From positions 1 to 64,000 of the IMG/VR virus record IMGVR_UViG_3300017792_000017: a stretch of DNA of 64,000 bases. One strand, written 5' to 3'. This DNA comes from a virus. Under the pieces are notes generated by a model, which was given only the letters and a program-made list of their open reading frames with translations, ran no database searches and was not told where the DNA came from. Positions 46,971-57,107 of the stretch are shown here, in pieces. Each line of letters starts with the position of its first letter. The first letter of the stretch is position 1. A program made the position numbers and the translations under genes.

Positions 46971-49367
46971 TTAAACTGTTTGGTTATTCGTTGTTACAGT
47001 GTTCAGTATAAAGATGTTAGTTCTATCTGCTGGATCTAGATAGTCAGTGATCATACCTGTGGTTGCAGGAATTAAGTCACGAGTGTAATGAGTATAAGCT
47101 ACGCCAAGCGGAGTCTTGATATTCGTAATACCGGCTAGTGAAAGCTGAGCCATAAGATCTGAAAGAATCAAGGTATCACCTGGATTCATATTACTGAAGA
47201 AATTCTTTGTAGTTTCAGTAATTACGGTCGCATCTGGGGACACGCCATTATAGCCAGTTACTGACAGATCGATCAAGTAGAAGTTAAATCCACGAGCAAG
47301 CAAATCTCCACACAGTACACGGTTTGTTGAGTTCTCTAGATATGACTGTACGCTATCAACGTTATCAAAGAAGCTGATTTGGAAACTTGCTGTTTGATTA
47401 GCATAGAGTGAACCAAAGCTTACAACCAAGTCTTGACGGGAGCTAAAACCATAATCGAACCAAGGAATAACAGAATCACATACTGCATTTGAACCAGGAC
47501 TTCCGATAGTTACTGGAACTGTGAATTGGAACTGATCTTTATTAAGAGCGTTAGTTACTAGCCATGTGCCGTTGTAATCGGATGGAGTTGCACCACGAAT
47601 TGTCACATAGCGGTTCTCAGTAATTCCGTGGTTAGGAATTGTTACGGTAACAGTAGTACCTGTGCAAGTAAGCGCAGTAATAGCTTGGCTTTGCGTATTT
47701 TTGTTTTTAAAGGTAAATGGTACAGCATAGTTAATAACGATGTTGTTAGTGACGGTAGCATTTGTCCAAAGGCCAGGCATTACAATGTCAAACGCATTTG
47801 CACTTAGCACGTTTACAGAAAACTGTCCTGCAAGTGACGGGTTGGCAATAAGCATTGATGAGCCAGAACCGGGCGTTGCAATGTTAAATGCTACGATGTA
47901 GTTGAAAGTATTAGCATCAACTACGTTAATTGGGAACGTACCATTGTACTGAGTTGGCGTTACACCTTGAATGGTTACAGACGTACCACTTGTCAGGCCG
48001 TGGTTAGCAGAAACTACAGTTACAGTAATTGCTGAGCATGAAATAGAAGTAATAGGCAACGTCTCAACAAGACCTGACACTGTAACCATTTGGCCAGTTG
48101 ATAGTCCGTGACTAGTTGAAGCCACGTGAACAAGGCCTAGGTTAGCTGCAACCGTCGTGCTTGAAGCAGAGATCGTAGCTAGGAAAGGAATAGTATCGTC
48201 TGAGCTTCCACCGCTTACTGAGCTACGTGTGAAGTTGTAGATTGCACCAGTCAAGTCAGCATCACCGAAGTCATCTGTTGTAACTTGTACGATTGATGTA
48301 GCAATGGTGTTGCCACAGTATACGTCAACCATGCCTCCGTTATGGATAAGTAACGGTGAGTTCACAGCCTGAACCGTAGGAAGGACGGTCACGTTAGTTG
48401 CAGCAGTAGCCATCTGATACGTGAAGTGTGAAGAATCAATTACGGTAATCGTATACGAACCGTTGTACGTAGTTGGAGCACCGCCTGCAATCGTTACAGT
48501 TTGTCCCGAGTTGTAGCCGTGATTAGCCAAAGTAGCAGTCGCAGTAGTACCTGAGCTGGTAAGCTGGGTAATGAGCTGTGCTAGCTGACCTGTGAATACA
48601 GCCTGAATCTGATCTCGAATCATTTCAGAATCTCCCATACCGATTGAAACGATTTTATCCAGAAAGTTAAAGGTATTCTGCAGGTTTGAACTGATTGATG
48701 GATCGTTAATCAGATTACGTGTAGAAATAGCGTTCTGAGCACGTGTAATAAACTCTTCGTTAGTCTCTGATGATACTGAAGTATCCTTCAGGAAGTTAAT
48801 TTCTGCGTGAAGGAAGTACGGATCAAAGTTAGAGAAGTAAAGCAGTGAGCCTGAACCGATGTTGTACTGTGTTCCTTCTGCTTCTGCAACTAGGTCAACG
48901 TCAACATAGTATTCGTTTTGGAAAGCATCATATGTAAGCGTGCCTGAGCTGAATGTAACTGCAGCCTGAGGGAAGAACTTAGAGATGTTATCGGTTGAGA
49001 AAAAGATATCAGTCGTTAGAGATACGTTCTTTTGCTTGGCAAAGAATAGACGTGCGCTAATAACAGCACGAGTACCAAGGTTACGGTTAATAAACCAGTT
49101 TGAAAGAATGTTATCAACGATGCTCGTAGGAGTAGTATCATTTACCCCAGCAATAGTGTTCTGAGCAAAGTAGTAATCGATACCAAGACGAACCAGTGCC
49201 AGTAGCATAGCAGATGGTCGCAGAACCATATCACGAAGCCCTGTACCTTCTCGGAGGTCTAGGTCTGGATATTGTGCTTCAAGGATTTGCTTGGCTAGAA
49301 GCTCGGCTTCAAGAATATCTTGCGCTGAGGGTTGAAGGCCGGGTAAAACAGAATAGAAATTTGCCAT
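46971..49367 (-). CDS. Baseplate wedge (gpJ/gp6-like) with four NHG..G..VT.G repeats
   Basis: DLREGTGLRD, AEAEGTQYNI, ETNEEFITR. Confidence 0.7.
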   Translation of the reverse strand: MANFYSVLPGLQPSAQDILEAELLAKQILEAQYPDLDLREGTGLRDMVLRPSAMLLALVRLGIDYYFAQNTIAGVNDTTPTSIVDNILSNWFINRNLGTRAVISARLFFAKQKNVSLTTDIFFSTDNISKFFPQAAVTFSSGTLTYDAFQNEYYVDVDLVAEAEGTQYNIGSGSLLYFSNFDPYFLHAEINFLKDTSVSSETNEEFITRAQNAISTRNLINDPSISSNLQNTFNFLDKIVSIGMGDSEMIRDQIQAVFTGQLAQLITQLTSSGTTATATLANHGYNSGQTVTIAGGAPTTYNGSYTITVIDSSHFTYQMATAATNVTVLPTVQAVNSPLLIHNGGMVDVYCGNTIATSIVQVTTDDFGDADLTGAIYNFTRSSVSGGSSDDTIPFLATISASSTTVAANLGLVHVASTSHGLSTGQMVTVSGLVETLPITSISCSAITVTVVSANHGLTSGTSVTIQGVTPTQYNGTFPINVVDANTFNYIVAFNIATPGSGSSMLIANPSLAGQFSVNVLSANAFDIVMPGLWTNATVTNNIVINYAVPFTFKNKNTQSQAITALTCTGTTVTVTIPNHGITENRYVTIRGATPSDYNGTWLVTNALNKDQFQFTVPVTIGSPGSNAVCDSVIPWFDYGFSSRQDLVVSFGSLYANQTASFQISFFDNVDSVQSYLENSTNRVLCGDLLARGFNFYLIDLSVTGYNGVSPDATVITETTKNFFSNMNPGDTLILSDLMAQLSLAGITNIKTPLGVAYTHYTRDLIPATTGMITDYLDPADRTNIFILNTVTTNNQTV

Positions 49368-49430
49368 AGTTATAGGTCAGTACGTTACTTGTAGTAGTTT
49401 AATCCTTCTACATGCAACGCACCAGCCCTA

Positions 49431-49964
49431 TTACTTAGACATTTGATCTGAAAGAGGAAGATCCAATTGTGGGAACGGTACGGCGATAGAAGCCATAGCT
49501 CCGGCATTGGTCAGAATACGCAGATAGATTACAATTGATTCTTTGGTTACGTCAATACCGAGCATTTGCACAGTCTTTAATTGACTTGCAACGTCAGAAT
49601 CGGTGGTATTCATAATGTACTGACACTGACCTTGCGCATCGGTAATCTGCTCAGTTAGATCAGCGATCAAAGTAGTGTCAGTATCTTCAACACGATTTGC
49701 ATTAATTACGAAGTCTGAGAAGAACGTACCCTGAGCCGGGATGATAACATTGCTACCTTTACGAGTAAAGAGAAGCTTCAGGAACATCTGAGCTACTTTC
49801 TGGAGACCTGTTACTTTACGCGGAGTATCAGCAATTTCGAATATAAGTTGGCTCTGTGGGAAGCCACCTGGAAACGAAATAAATAGCAAGTCATAAGTCC
49901 CGCCTTGTGGCAGGTTGGAGGTCGTTCCAATACGCTGATTGAAGTTGAAGTTTAAACCAGCCAT
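49431..49964 (-). CDS. Baseplate wedge gp25-like protein
   Basis: VTGLQKVAQMFLKLLFTRKGS...GT; position next to the J-like gene. Confidence 0.55.
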   Translation of the reverse strand: MAGLNFNFNQRIGTTSNLPQGGTYDLLFISFPGGFPQSQLIFEIADTPRKVTGLQKVAQMFLKLLFTRKGSNVIIPAQGTFFSDFVINANRVEDTDTTLIADLTEQITDAQGQCQYIMNTTDSDVASQLKTVQMLGIDVTKESIVIYLRILTNAGAMASIAVPFPQLDLPLSDQMSK

Positions 49965-50355
49965 TACATTGTACCTCCAGGTGTTACGATGCCGCTTAGC
50001 GTACTTACAGTAGAAGTTTTAAGCGTAGCGTAGTAATTAGATTCGTCAGTAGCTTCACCTTGGCCATCACCATAGTATTGAGCCTTGTTCTTTGTGCGAA
50101 GTGCAAACTCACGCAGAATAGAGGTGATATGATGAATACTCTCGATAGCAGCACCGTTTGGATAATTGGAACTGCCTGATTGAGCCATAGCTGTTACTCG
50201 GTGAAGCTCTGAAAAATCAATCGTACCAACATAATCGTTGAAATCCGGACAAGCGCCTCCACTGCCAAGATAGGTAGTCATGTCAGAAAAGTATTTAGCC
50301 AAGCTATTGTAGATATTTTGTGCTTGGCCTACTGCCGAATTAGCGTCGATTGCCA

Positions 50356-51069
50356 TTATAGTCCGATTTCTCGTTTGGTTTTTTCGATTTTGTTAATCAA
50401 CTGTTTCTTGATGTAATTGTAGCGATTGATGTTCACACCTAGCTTTTCTGCGATCTTCGGCGCGGGCATTTCTTTAACGTTATCGAAAATAAATTTTTCA
50501 TCAGAAGATAGCTGACTCATGAGATAAGCCATAAGCTCAGCATTCTCGTTGTACTGAGTGAATTCTGCTGGTTTGTCTGACGCTGATTCAACCAAGTCCG
50601 AGTAAAGAGAGTTCTTGTACTTGATAACTTGAGGCTTTGACCAACCCAACGCTTTAGCAAGTTCTTCTTCAGTAGGATCACGATTAAGCTGATCTGCTAG
50701 CTCCTGATTTGCAGAGTTCCAATCTCTGTACAAGAGTTGCATATTCTCGGGAAGACGCACTGCATTTTGATACTTGTAATTAAGACGGCGTACGCGCTGA
50801 AGATAATTCGTAACGTGAGTAGAGAGCTGTGTACCCTTTGCAGGGTCGTAGCTGTGAATAGCTTTAATAGCCCACTTCTTAGCTTCCGCACTTAAAGCAG
50901 CACTAGGCAAGCTACCTGATTGACGATTCACTTCTTGGTAAATAACGCCGCTAAGCTGATTAACTAGAGCGCCAAGATGAGTTTTACTCCCAGTCTTTTT
51001 CCACTGGTCGTATAGCTCTTGGTCTTTTGATCGATAATCGATCCATGCGGGCTTTTCTGTTTCTTCCAT
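50356..51069 (-). CDS. sigma70-family RNA polymerase sigma factor
   Basis: AIHSYDPAKGTQLSTHV (region 2), AVRLPE, LNRDPTEEELAKALG (region 3), KIAEKLGV (region 4). Confidence 0.8.
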   Translation of the reverse strand: MEETEKPAWIDYRSKDQELYDQWKKTGSKTHLGALVNQLSGVIYQEVNRQSGSLPSAALSAEAKKWAIKAIHSYDPAKGTQLSTHVTNYLQRVRRLNYKYQNAVRLPENMQLLYRDWNSANQELADQLNRDPTEEELAKALGWSKPQVIKYKNSLYSDLVESASDKPAEFTQYNENAELMAYLMSQLSSDEKFIFDNVKEMPAPKIAEKLGVNINRYNYIKKQLINKIEKTKREIGL

Positions 51070-51312
51070 TATAGATAAACGCTGTAGTTAGAGTAAACGC
51101 TGTTAACGTAACCAATCATATAGGCCTGAAGCCTAGCAGAGAACTTCTGATAGACAAAGCAGTCGTCAGCCCATGAGGTGTCTGACAACATACCTGATTG
51201 GTAAATGTTAGTCGGGATATTAACGCTTCTAGGCAGCCCGCCTTTAACTTCTCCAAGGGCTGCGAATCCGTCTGTGATAGTTGATGCGATTGACATAGTG
51301 TTATTTTACTCC

Positions 51313-54300
51313 TTAAGCTACGTGACCACCAACTTCAGATGAGCTGGATGTCGTATCTTCTGTTTTAGCTGTTGCAACAGAGTTATTAATGAAGTCAGCA
51401 ACTTCCTGATAATCCAAGAACAGGCTAGCACCTGGCTCAAGCAATGTTGCAGAATCCAATGCAGGGTTCTGATAACTGATTGATGTTGGATTGTAGTTAG
51501 TAGGCGTCAAATCAATAAACGTAATACCAAACTTGGTTTGAATACTTTTCTTACCTTCAATAGGTCTCATAACAAGACGTAAATTACCTACTGCTGTCAA
51601 GAAGTCATTAGCCTCGCCGCCATTAGCAGTAGGCTTTGATGTTTCCGTGCTTTCAACTAACAATCCAGATGAGCGTTTAACTGGAATAACTCGACCCATC
51701 TCAAAATCATACAGATCATCGATTGCAACTGCGCTTACACCCAATACACTCTTGTAGAATTCATCTGCTGCAAACTTAGCTGCTTCATTAAATAGAATCG
51801 TGCTATTCACTTGCAAGTCGTCAGGAGGATTACCATATCCATCGCCATCTGTTGAAGACTTGCCTGATTGACCAGGTTCAGTATTAACAATGGCAAGAGC
51901 CGTCTGAAGCCAAGGATGAAGTGGCTGCATGTAATAGTTAACCATCTCAGTATATGTACACGCTGCAACGAAGCCAATGCTTGTCGAAATACCACGTGAA
52001 GTAAATGAGTGAGTCACTGATGAGCACATTGCATGGAAGCTTGGCGCATTAGGCGAATCATCCAGAATCTCCATTGGATAACCTGGGACAATATACGGAT
52101 TGAAAATGCCATCAACGTTGCCCATACGAGAAGCAACCACAGCCTTAGTATACTCGTAATCTGCCGTAGCAAAGAGTAAGCGTTGAAACGGATGAATATC
52201 AGACTTCTGTGAGTATGGGTCTAGCGAATCCTTATCTGTGTTACGCGTATCTTCTGACGTGCCATCATCAAAGACTGTAACATCGAAACCATACCGATCA
52301 ATCCAGGCTGCATGCAAATCACAAAGAGCTTTATAGTCCGGATCAGTCTTGTCAGGCCACGTTTCATTATTGGGCGAACCAATGTCCTGAATCTTACCCT
52401 TAAGCAACTGTGCAAGCCAGTTAGGCAGAGTGATACGCTTATGACGAACACCTCGGCCTACTTCATATTTACCAGGCACGTTAAAGGACTGACCCGTAGT
52501 ACCTTGAAGGTTTACTTGCAAGTTTGTGCCTTTAGCAGCATTTGACATAGCTGCGCCATATGCCACGGCTTCACGAATAGAATTCGGAGCACGATACTGG
52601 CTACCGATCTGACCTTGACTTCCCGGAATAATATCTGAGAAAGCTGACAGACGGCTAGGAATCTGCGACTCGTCCTGAGTAACGTTGATAGTTCCATACA
52701 TCTTAGGAAACAATACATTACAAATAGGGCTATAGTAAAACGGAATCTGTGGCTTAATGATTGTCTCAATAGCCATTTTATCAACAGACGCATATGTCGA
52801 TGGAATATCCATGTTACCTACGTTAGCATCTGGATCTACTGGAACTTCTGCAGGGCTCGCCAGAGTCAGAATTTCATACTCTACTGCTGAGTAGAAATCA
52901 GAGAACATCTGCAGAAACGTAGTCAACTCCCCTGAGAAGCCAAGCATATTACCGATGGTGCTAACTGCGAGGGAAGACTTGATTGCTGAAATGCTATTAA
53001 GTCTGTACGCAGGAGGGACCATCACTGGCTTAGCAGTAGATGAAGGCGTGACTCCGCCTGGACAATAGTCCTGCTTGCTAGTATCGATAAGATTTTCGAT
53101 TATTGTGTGTCCTGCCATGCGGTCAAAGAAACCAAGTCCATCCTCAACGAGAGGGATGTACATGTCAGCCATAATAGTATTAAGCGTAATATCAGCGTAG
53201 CATTCCTTCTTCAATTGATTCCAGAAATTCATGATAGCTGAAGGCATACCTATCAGTCTTTTTTCAAAGTTCTGGAAACGCTTGCTAAGCTTCGATACGT
53301 CGGCTTGAGAGACAGTTGTGTTACTTGGGTCAAGCAAGTCTTTGGAATCGCTCTGGAGGCCTGTAATGCCCTGCAAAGCCTTAATAATTGCCAAGGTTGA
53401 GTTCAGGTTGTTTACCTTAGCTGTAGCTTGGTCTGGATTCTGGTCATTTAGAATCGTAGTAGCGTTTGAAGCATAGCCTGAAAACTCCAGAGTCACAGTA
53501 GAGAGCAAAGAGTTCTTGTGTTCACAATGGAACGTAATGCTTGAGCTACTATTCTGTCTTGACTTAGAGTAGTTACCTACAAGAATATGTCCCCAGAATA
53601 GAAGACGATCTCCCCCGTAGTTCTTATCTGAGTAAAAGATATGTACTTTGGGTTGGTAGTAACGAGCGATGTCAAGCAGACCTGGCTGTGGCGGGATCTG
53701 AATACTTGCCGTAGGTAGAGAACCAATACCTTGAGAAATAGAAATAGCCTCGAAGGGAACTTGTACGCCTTCGATGTAAAGTTTGACATCTTGGTAGATA
53801 ATGTCAGTGTTATTAACTGTGCCGTCAACCTTGCCCTCATCAACTGCTGAAACACCTGCAACACCAAATACACTAGCTGCGGCTGAATCTGCACTGGTAG
53901 CTCCGGATACTAGATCAATAGCTGAGCTTGCAGCAGTTGAAATAGCATTCTTAGCTGCAACTACACTTGCTACTGTACTGTTCACAGCAGAGACCGCTGA
54001 ATTGACTGTGTTTGTAGCTGTGTTAAATACAGACGTGACTAATGCATCAGCAGTGTTACCTGCACCTACAAGAGCAGCATTACCAATACTTAGAGCAGGT
54101 GATACGAAACTTCCGTCAATAGCTGAAAAGGAGTTAGCTAAATTGCTAACACCACTAGAAATTGCCTGAGTCGAGGCTGTTTGAATATCAAAAAGAGTTA
54201 CGCTAGTGCCGGAAGGGAAAGCAGCGTTAAAACTAGAGTCAACCGCAGCATACGCATTGTTGGTAGCTGTTGCGATTGCATCTTGCTGTCCTGGCCCCGT

Positions 54301-54528
54301 GGCTTGAGATAGGGCGAAGTTGCTCATCTGGGTAACAGGATTGTATAGCTGACTGCTATAGTCTGTGTTACCAAGAGAGGCGTTAACCGAACCCAGTGTT
54401 TGATTACGAATTGAATTAATCGACGTCCCAGCCTGTGAGAACGTCGTGCTCGTAATTTTTGATAATCCCTTGTTCTGGGACATCACTGTGTTAATGGTTA
54501 CATTTTTGATTGCGTCGAATAAAGACAT
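51313..54528 (-). CDS. Baseplate hub-like protein
   Basis: 1071 aa; KLYIEGVQVPF, FNPYIVPGYP...SVTHSF; position after the tape measure. Confidence 0.5.
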   Translation of the reverse strand: MSLFDAIKNVTINTVMSQNKGLSKITSTTFSQAGTSINSIRNQTLGSVNASLGNTDYSSQLYNPVTQMSNFALSQATGPGQQDAIATATNNAYAAVDSSFNAAFPSGTSVTLFDIQTASTQAISSGVSNLANSFSAIDGSFVSPALSIGNAALVGAGNTADALVTSVFNTATNTVNSAVSAVNSTVASVVAAKNAISTAASSAIDLVSGATSADSAAASVFGVAGVSAVDEGKVDGTVNNTDIIYQDVKLYIEGVQVPFEAISISQGIGSLPTASIQIPPQPGLLDIARYYQPKVHIFYSDKNYGGDRLLFWGHILVGNYSKSRQNSSSSITFHCEHKNSLLSTVTLEFSGYASNATTILNDQNPDQATAKVNNLNSTLAIIKALQGITGLQSDSKDLLDPSNTTVSQADVSKLSKRFQNFEKRLIGMPSAIMNFWNQLKKECYADITLNTIMADMYIPLVEDGLGFFDRMAGHTIIENLIDTSKQDYCPGGVTPSSTAKPVMVPPAYRLNSISAIKSSLAVSTIGNMLGFSGELTTFLQMFSDFYSAVEYEILTLASPAEVPVDPDANVGNMDIPSTYASVDKMAIETIIKPQIPFYYSPICNVLFPKMYGTINVTQDESQIPSRLSAFSDIIPGSQGQIGSQYRAPNSIREAVAYGAAMSNAAKGTNLQVNLQGTTGQSFNVPGKYEVGRGVRHKRITLPNWLAQLLKGKIQDIGSPNNETWPDKTDPDYKALCDLHAAWIDRYGFDVTVFDDGTSEDTRNTDKDSLDPYSQKSDIHPFQRLLFATADYEYTKAVVASRMGNVDGIFNPYIVPGYPMEILDDSPNAPSFHAMCSSVTHSFTSRGISTSIGFVAACTYTEMVNYYMQPLHPWLQTALAIVNTEPGQSGKSSTDGDGYGNPPDDLQVNSTILFNEAAKFAADEFYKSVLGVSAVAIDDLYDFEMGRVIPVKRSSGLLVESTETSKPTANGGEANDFLTAVGNLRLVMRPIEGKKSIQTKFGITFIDLTPTNYNPTSISYQNPALDSATLLEPGASLFLDYQEVADFINNSVATAKTEDTTSSSSEVGGHVA

Positions 54529-54530
54529 TA

Positions 54531-55382
54531 TTAGTTCACGTTAGCATAGATACAATTGATAGCAAGAACGTAAAGCGCTCTTTCAAGCGTATCGTTAACT
54601 GTATCTATATAATCCCTGTACTCTTGTGGGATTATGTCTACTTCCTTTGTATACTCTACAATTAATTCTAGCTTATTCTGAGGAATTAAGCTACCCAACA
54701 GAAGTGATCGGATAGGAAGTAACTGTGAAGGAAGCGGTTTCATTCCCAGTAGAGAACCGGAATATGTCTTTGCTAAGTAAACAAGATAAGGTGCTCTGTT
54801 GTAGCTTGAGAAGTGCACAACTACGTTATCATCAGTAGCAAGCGGAGTATTAAACGTAAGAACCTGATTGGCAACAGTATAGGTACTGGCATCCTGAGCT
54901 ACACCATCTACATAAATAGATGTGAACTGATAAGTGTTATCAGGAGCGCTGAGTGGCCATGTGTTTTCACCAGCCGATGCCTTAATAACGTCGGTAGAAG
55001 AAATGTACTCTGGCTGAATGATTACTCGTGTTCCAATTGCAGGAACATCTAAGCGTTGATTGCTTGCATGATAGCATGCTTGGCACACTCCCCCTTTTGA
55101 AATACAGGTAGAGAGGGTACGTGTAGCTATTAAGTAAATACCTTGAAACAGAAGATTGTCGATTCTATCTCGACTAATAATCTGTCCTGTAGCTAGCTCT
55201 ACAGCACCTTCTAGTTCGTAGTTGACGGTTTGAAAAAGTCCAAGCGTAGTATTGCAATTCGTTTCTACAATAGGAACATTCGGAGTAAAGATCATACTAG
55301 CCAGGCTAGTTACATCTTTATTCTGATTGGGTACGAAGTCGTAAATGTCTTCAAAAACTAAAAGGCTTGAATAGCTTCTCAT
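54531..55382 (-). CDS. Protein with an RNAP beta-prime-like Zn motif plus a virion-type beta domain
   Basis: ETNCNTTLG...RTLSTCISKGGVCQACY; IYVDGVAQ...YTVANQVLTF. Confidence 0.5.
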   Translation of the reverse strand: MRSYSSLLVFEDIYDFVPNQNKDVTSLASMIFTPNVPIVETNCNTTLGLFQTVNYELEGAVELATGQIISRDRIDNLLFQGIYLIATRTLSTCISKGGVCQACYHASNQRLDVPAIGTRVIIQPEYISSTDVIKASAGENTWPLSAPDNTYQFTSIYVDGVAQDASTYTVANQVLTFNTPLATDDNVVVHFSSYNRAPYLVYLAKTYSGSLLGMKPLPSQLLPIRSLLLGSLIPQNKLELIVEYTKEVDIIPQEYRDYIDTVNDTLERALYVLAINCIYANVN

Positions 55383-56863
55383 AGTGATGCGCCTGATTGT
55401 GCTGTGTATTTCTTACCGGAATTTAGCAATGCTAGTTTCGATGGAGTAGTCCCCGATGAAGATAAGCTTGCCATCGGTTTGTTCTGTAGATATCCAGTAG
55501 TAATAGGTAGTCTTCCAGAGTTGACTAGCTCACCGATTGACTGAGATATTGTCTTAGGAGCATTGGTAATAACTCCCGCTGCGTTCTTAAGACCTCCAAG
55601 TGCAATACGTACTTGATTATCAATCGATGTAACTTGGCCGGTCAGGCCTTGAATCGTGTGATTAACGAGATTAACAATGCCTACAGCTTGGTTACTGATA
55701 TCTGAAACAGCACGGATTATATCACGTACAGGACTTGTAAGGGCATTGAATATCGAGTTTATAGAGCCCGCTGCATTTTTAACAAGCTTAGTCAGTGATG
55801 AAAGTACGCCATAGATAGGCGAGAACAGGCTCGCACGTAGTCCAGTCAAGTTTGCACTTACACTTGAAAAGATACCTGAAATCGTGTCTCCTGCGCTGCT
55901 TAGAGCAGAACCTACGGCTGAGCTTGCGCTTGATCCAGAGCCATCAGTTGTGAAGCCAAACGTATTGGCTCCTACTCCGAATGTATTTCCAAGATCAGAG
56001 ATACCGGCGCTTAAGCCAGAACCAATGCCAGTAATACCTGCTGCAATTTGACCTGAAGTAGATGTAGGATCTTGAATCAAACTCTGTAGACTAGACATGC
56101 TGTTCTTAACTGTGTTAATACCTGCCTGACTAACGAAGTTAGGAATAGCATCGAAGTTGATTAGTCCACTGTCGCTAGATGTGGGTACGCCAGGTACACG
56201 AATAGCAATAGGTACAAGTTGTTTGACAAGAAACTGGAATGAAAACTGAATGTCAGTATCACGGCTTGAATTCTGACCCCAATCAACGTGAGTAAATGAC
56301 CCAATCACGTACATGTTAGGCAGGACGAGTTTAACCAACTCATAGTTACGAGCTAGTTCTGTGCCTCGAAGAACTTGACCATACATGCTTAGAAATTCAG
56401 TGAACCATGAGTTATCTTGGCTATCAAAAATGTAGCCAGAAACGTTCATCATAATAGGCTGACGACCGAAGTAATAAGCTACTTCCCCATCTCCGAATGT
56501 CTCAGTGATCTGCAGTTTTTCATCAAGGCTACAGCGGATATCAGTTACAAAGAAATCAGCATATCCGCCAAACCCTCCACCGCCATTAATAGCTTGGTCA
56601 AGAGGGCCACCTGAAGCTGATAGTGAAGTACCGCCTAAGCCTTCGTTATGACCAGTCTGACGGTTCAGTGAAGCAGATCCATCGGTAGTCAATAGACGAA
56701 TATAAGCACGGCTTCCACGATCTCCACCTCCTACGTTAGCAGTGTTAGTGCCACGAGGACGCAATGTGAATAGCCGTTCTGTTTGAGTTACGGTCCCGTT
56801 ACTGTTCTGAACACTATTAGTGCTAGAAATAACTGAATCGCCAAATGTTAATTGTGTAGCCAT
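55379..56863 (-). CDS. Tail/baseplate initiator-like protein
   Basis: EKLQITETFG..YYFGRQP..SGYIFDS; S/G-rich C-terminal half. Confidence 0.5.
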   Translation of the reverse strand: MATQLTFGDSVISSTNSVQNSNGTVTQTERLFTLRPRGTNTANVGGGDRGSRAYIRLLTTDGSASLNRQTGHNEGLGGTSLSASGGPLDQAINGGGGFGGYADFFVTDIRCSLDEKLQITETFGDGEVAYYFGRQPIMMNVSGYIFDSQDNSWFTEFLSMYGQVLRGTELARNYELVKLVLPNMYVIGSFTHVDWGQNSSRDTDIQFSFQFLVKQLVPIAIRVPGVPTSSDSGLINFDAIPNFVSQAGINTVKNSMSSLQSLIQDPTSTSGQIAAGITGIGSGLSAGISDLGNTFGVGANTFGFTTDGSGSSASSAVGSALSSAGDTISGIFSSVSANLTGLRASLFSPIYGVLSSLTKLVKNAAGSINSIFNALTSPVRDIIRAVSDISNQAVGIVNLVNHTIQGLTGQVTSIDNQVRIALGGLKNAAGVITNAPKTISQSIGELVNSGRLPITTGYLQNKPMASLSSSGTTPSKLALLNSGKKYTAQSGASL

Positions 56864-57107
56864 TAGTCTGTGACCTTAAAGTCTGTAACTTGTAATACAA
56901 CTGCTTGATTGAGGGTATCTAATTGCCCATCTAACCCACCAAGTTGAGGAGGGACATACGATAAGCCTTGCGATGTATAACGGATGTTATCAATCGCGCC
57001 TCTTACTTGGCTTAAGTAGATTTCATACGGTGACATCACAAGAAATCGTGGTGTAATGTATGAACTTGTAGATTTAGTAACTATAGGCATGATCGTATTT
57101 TATCCCT

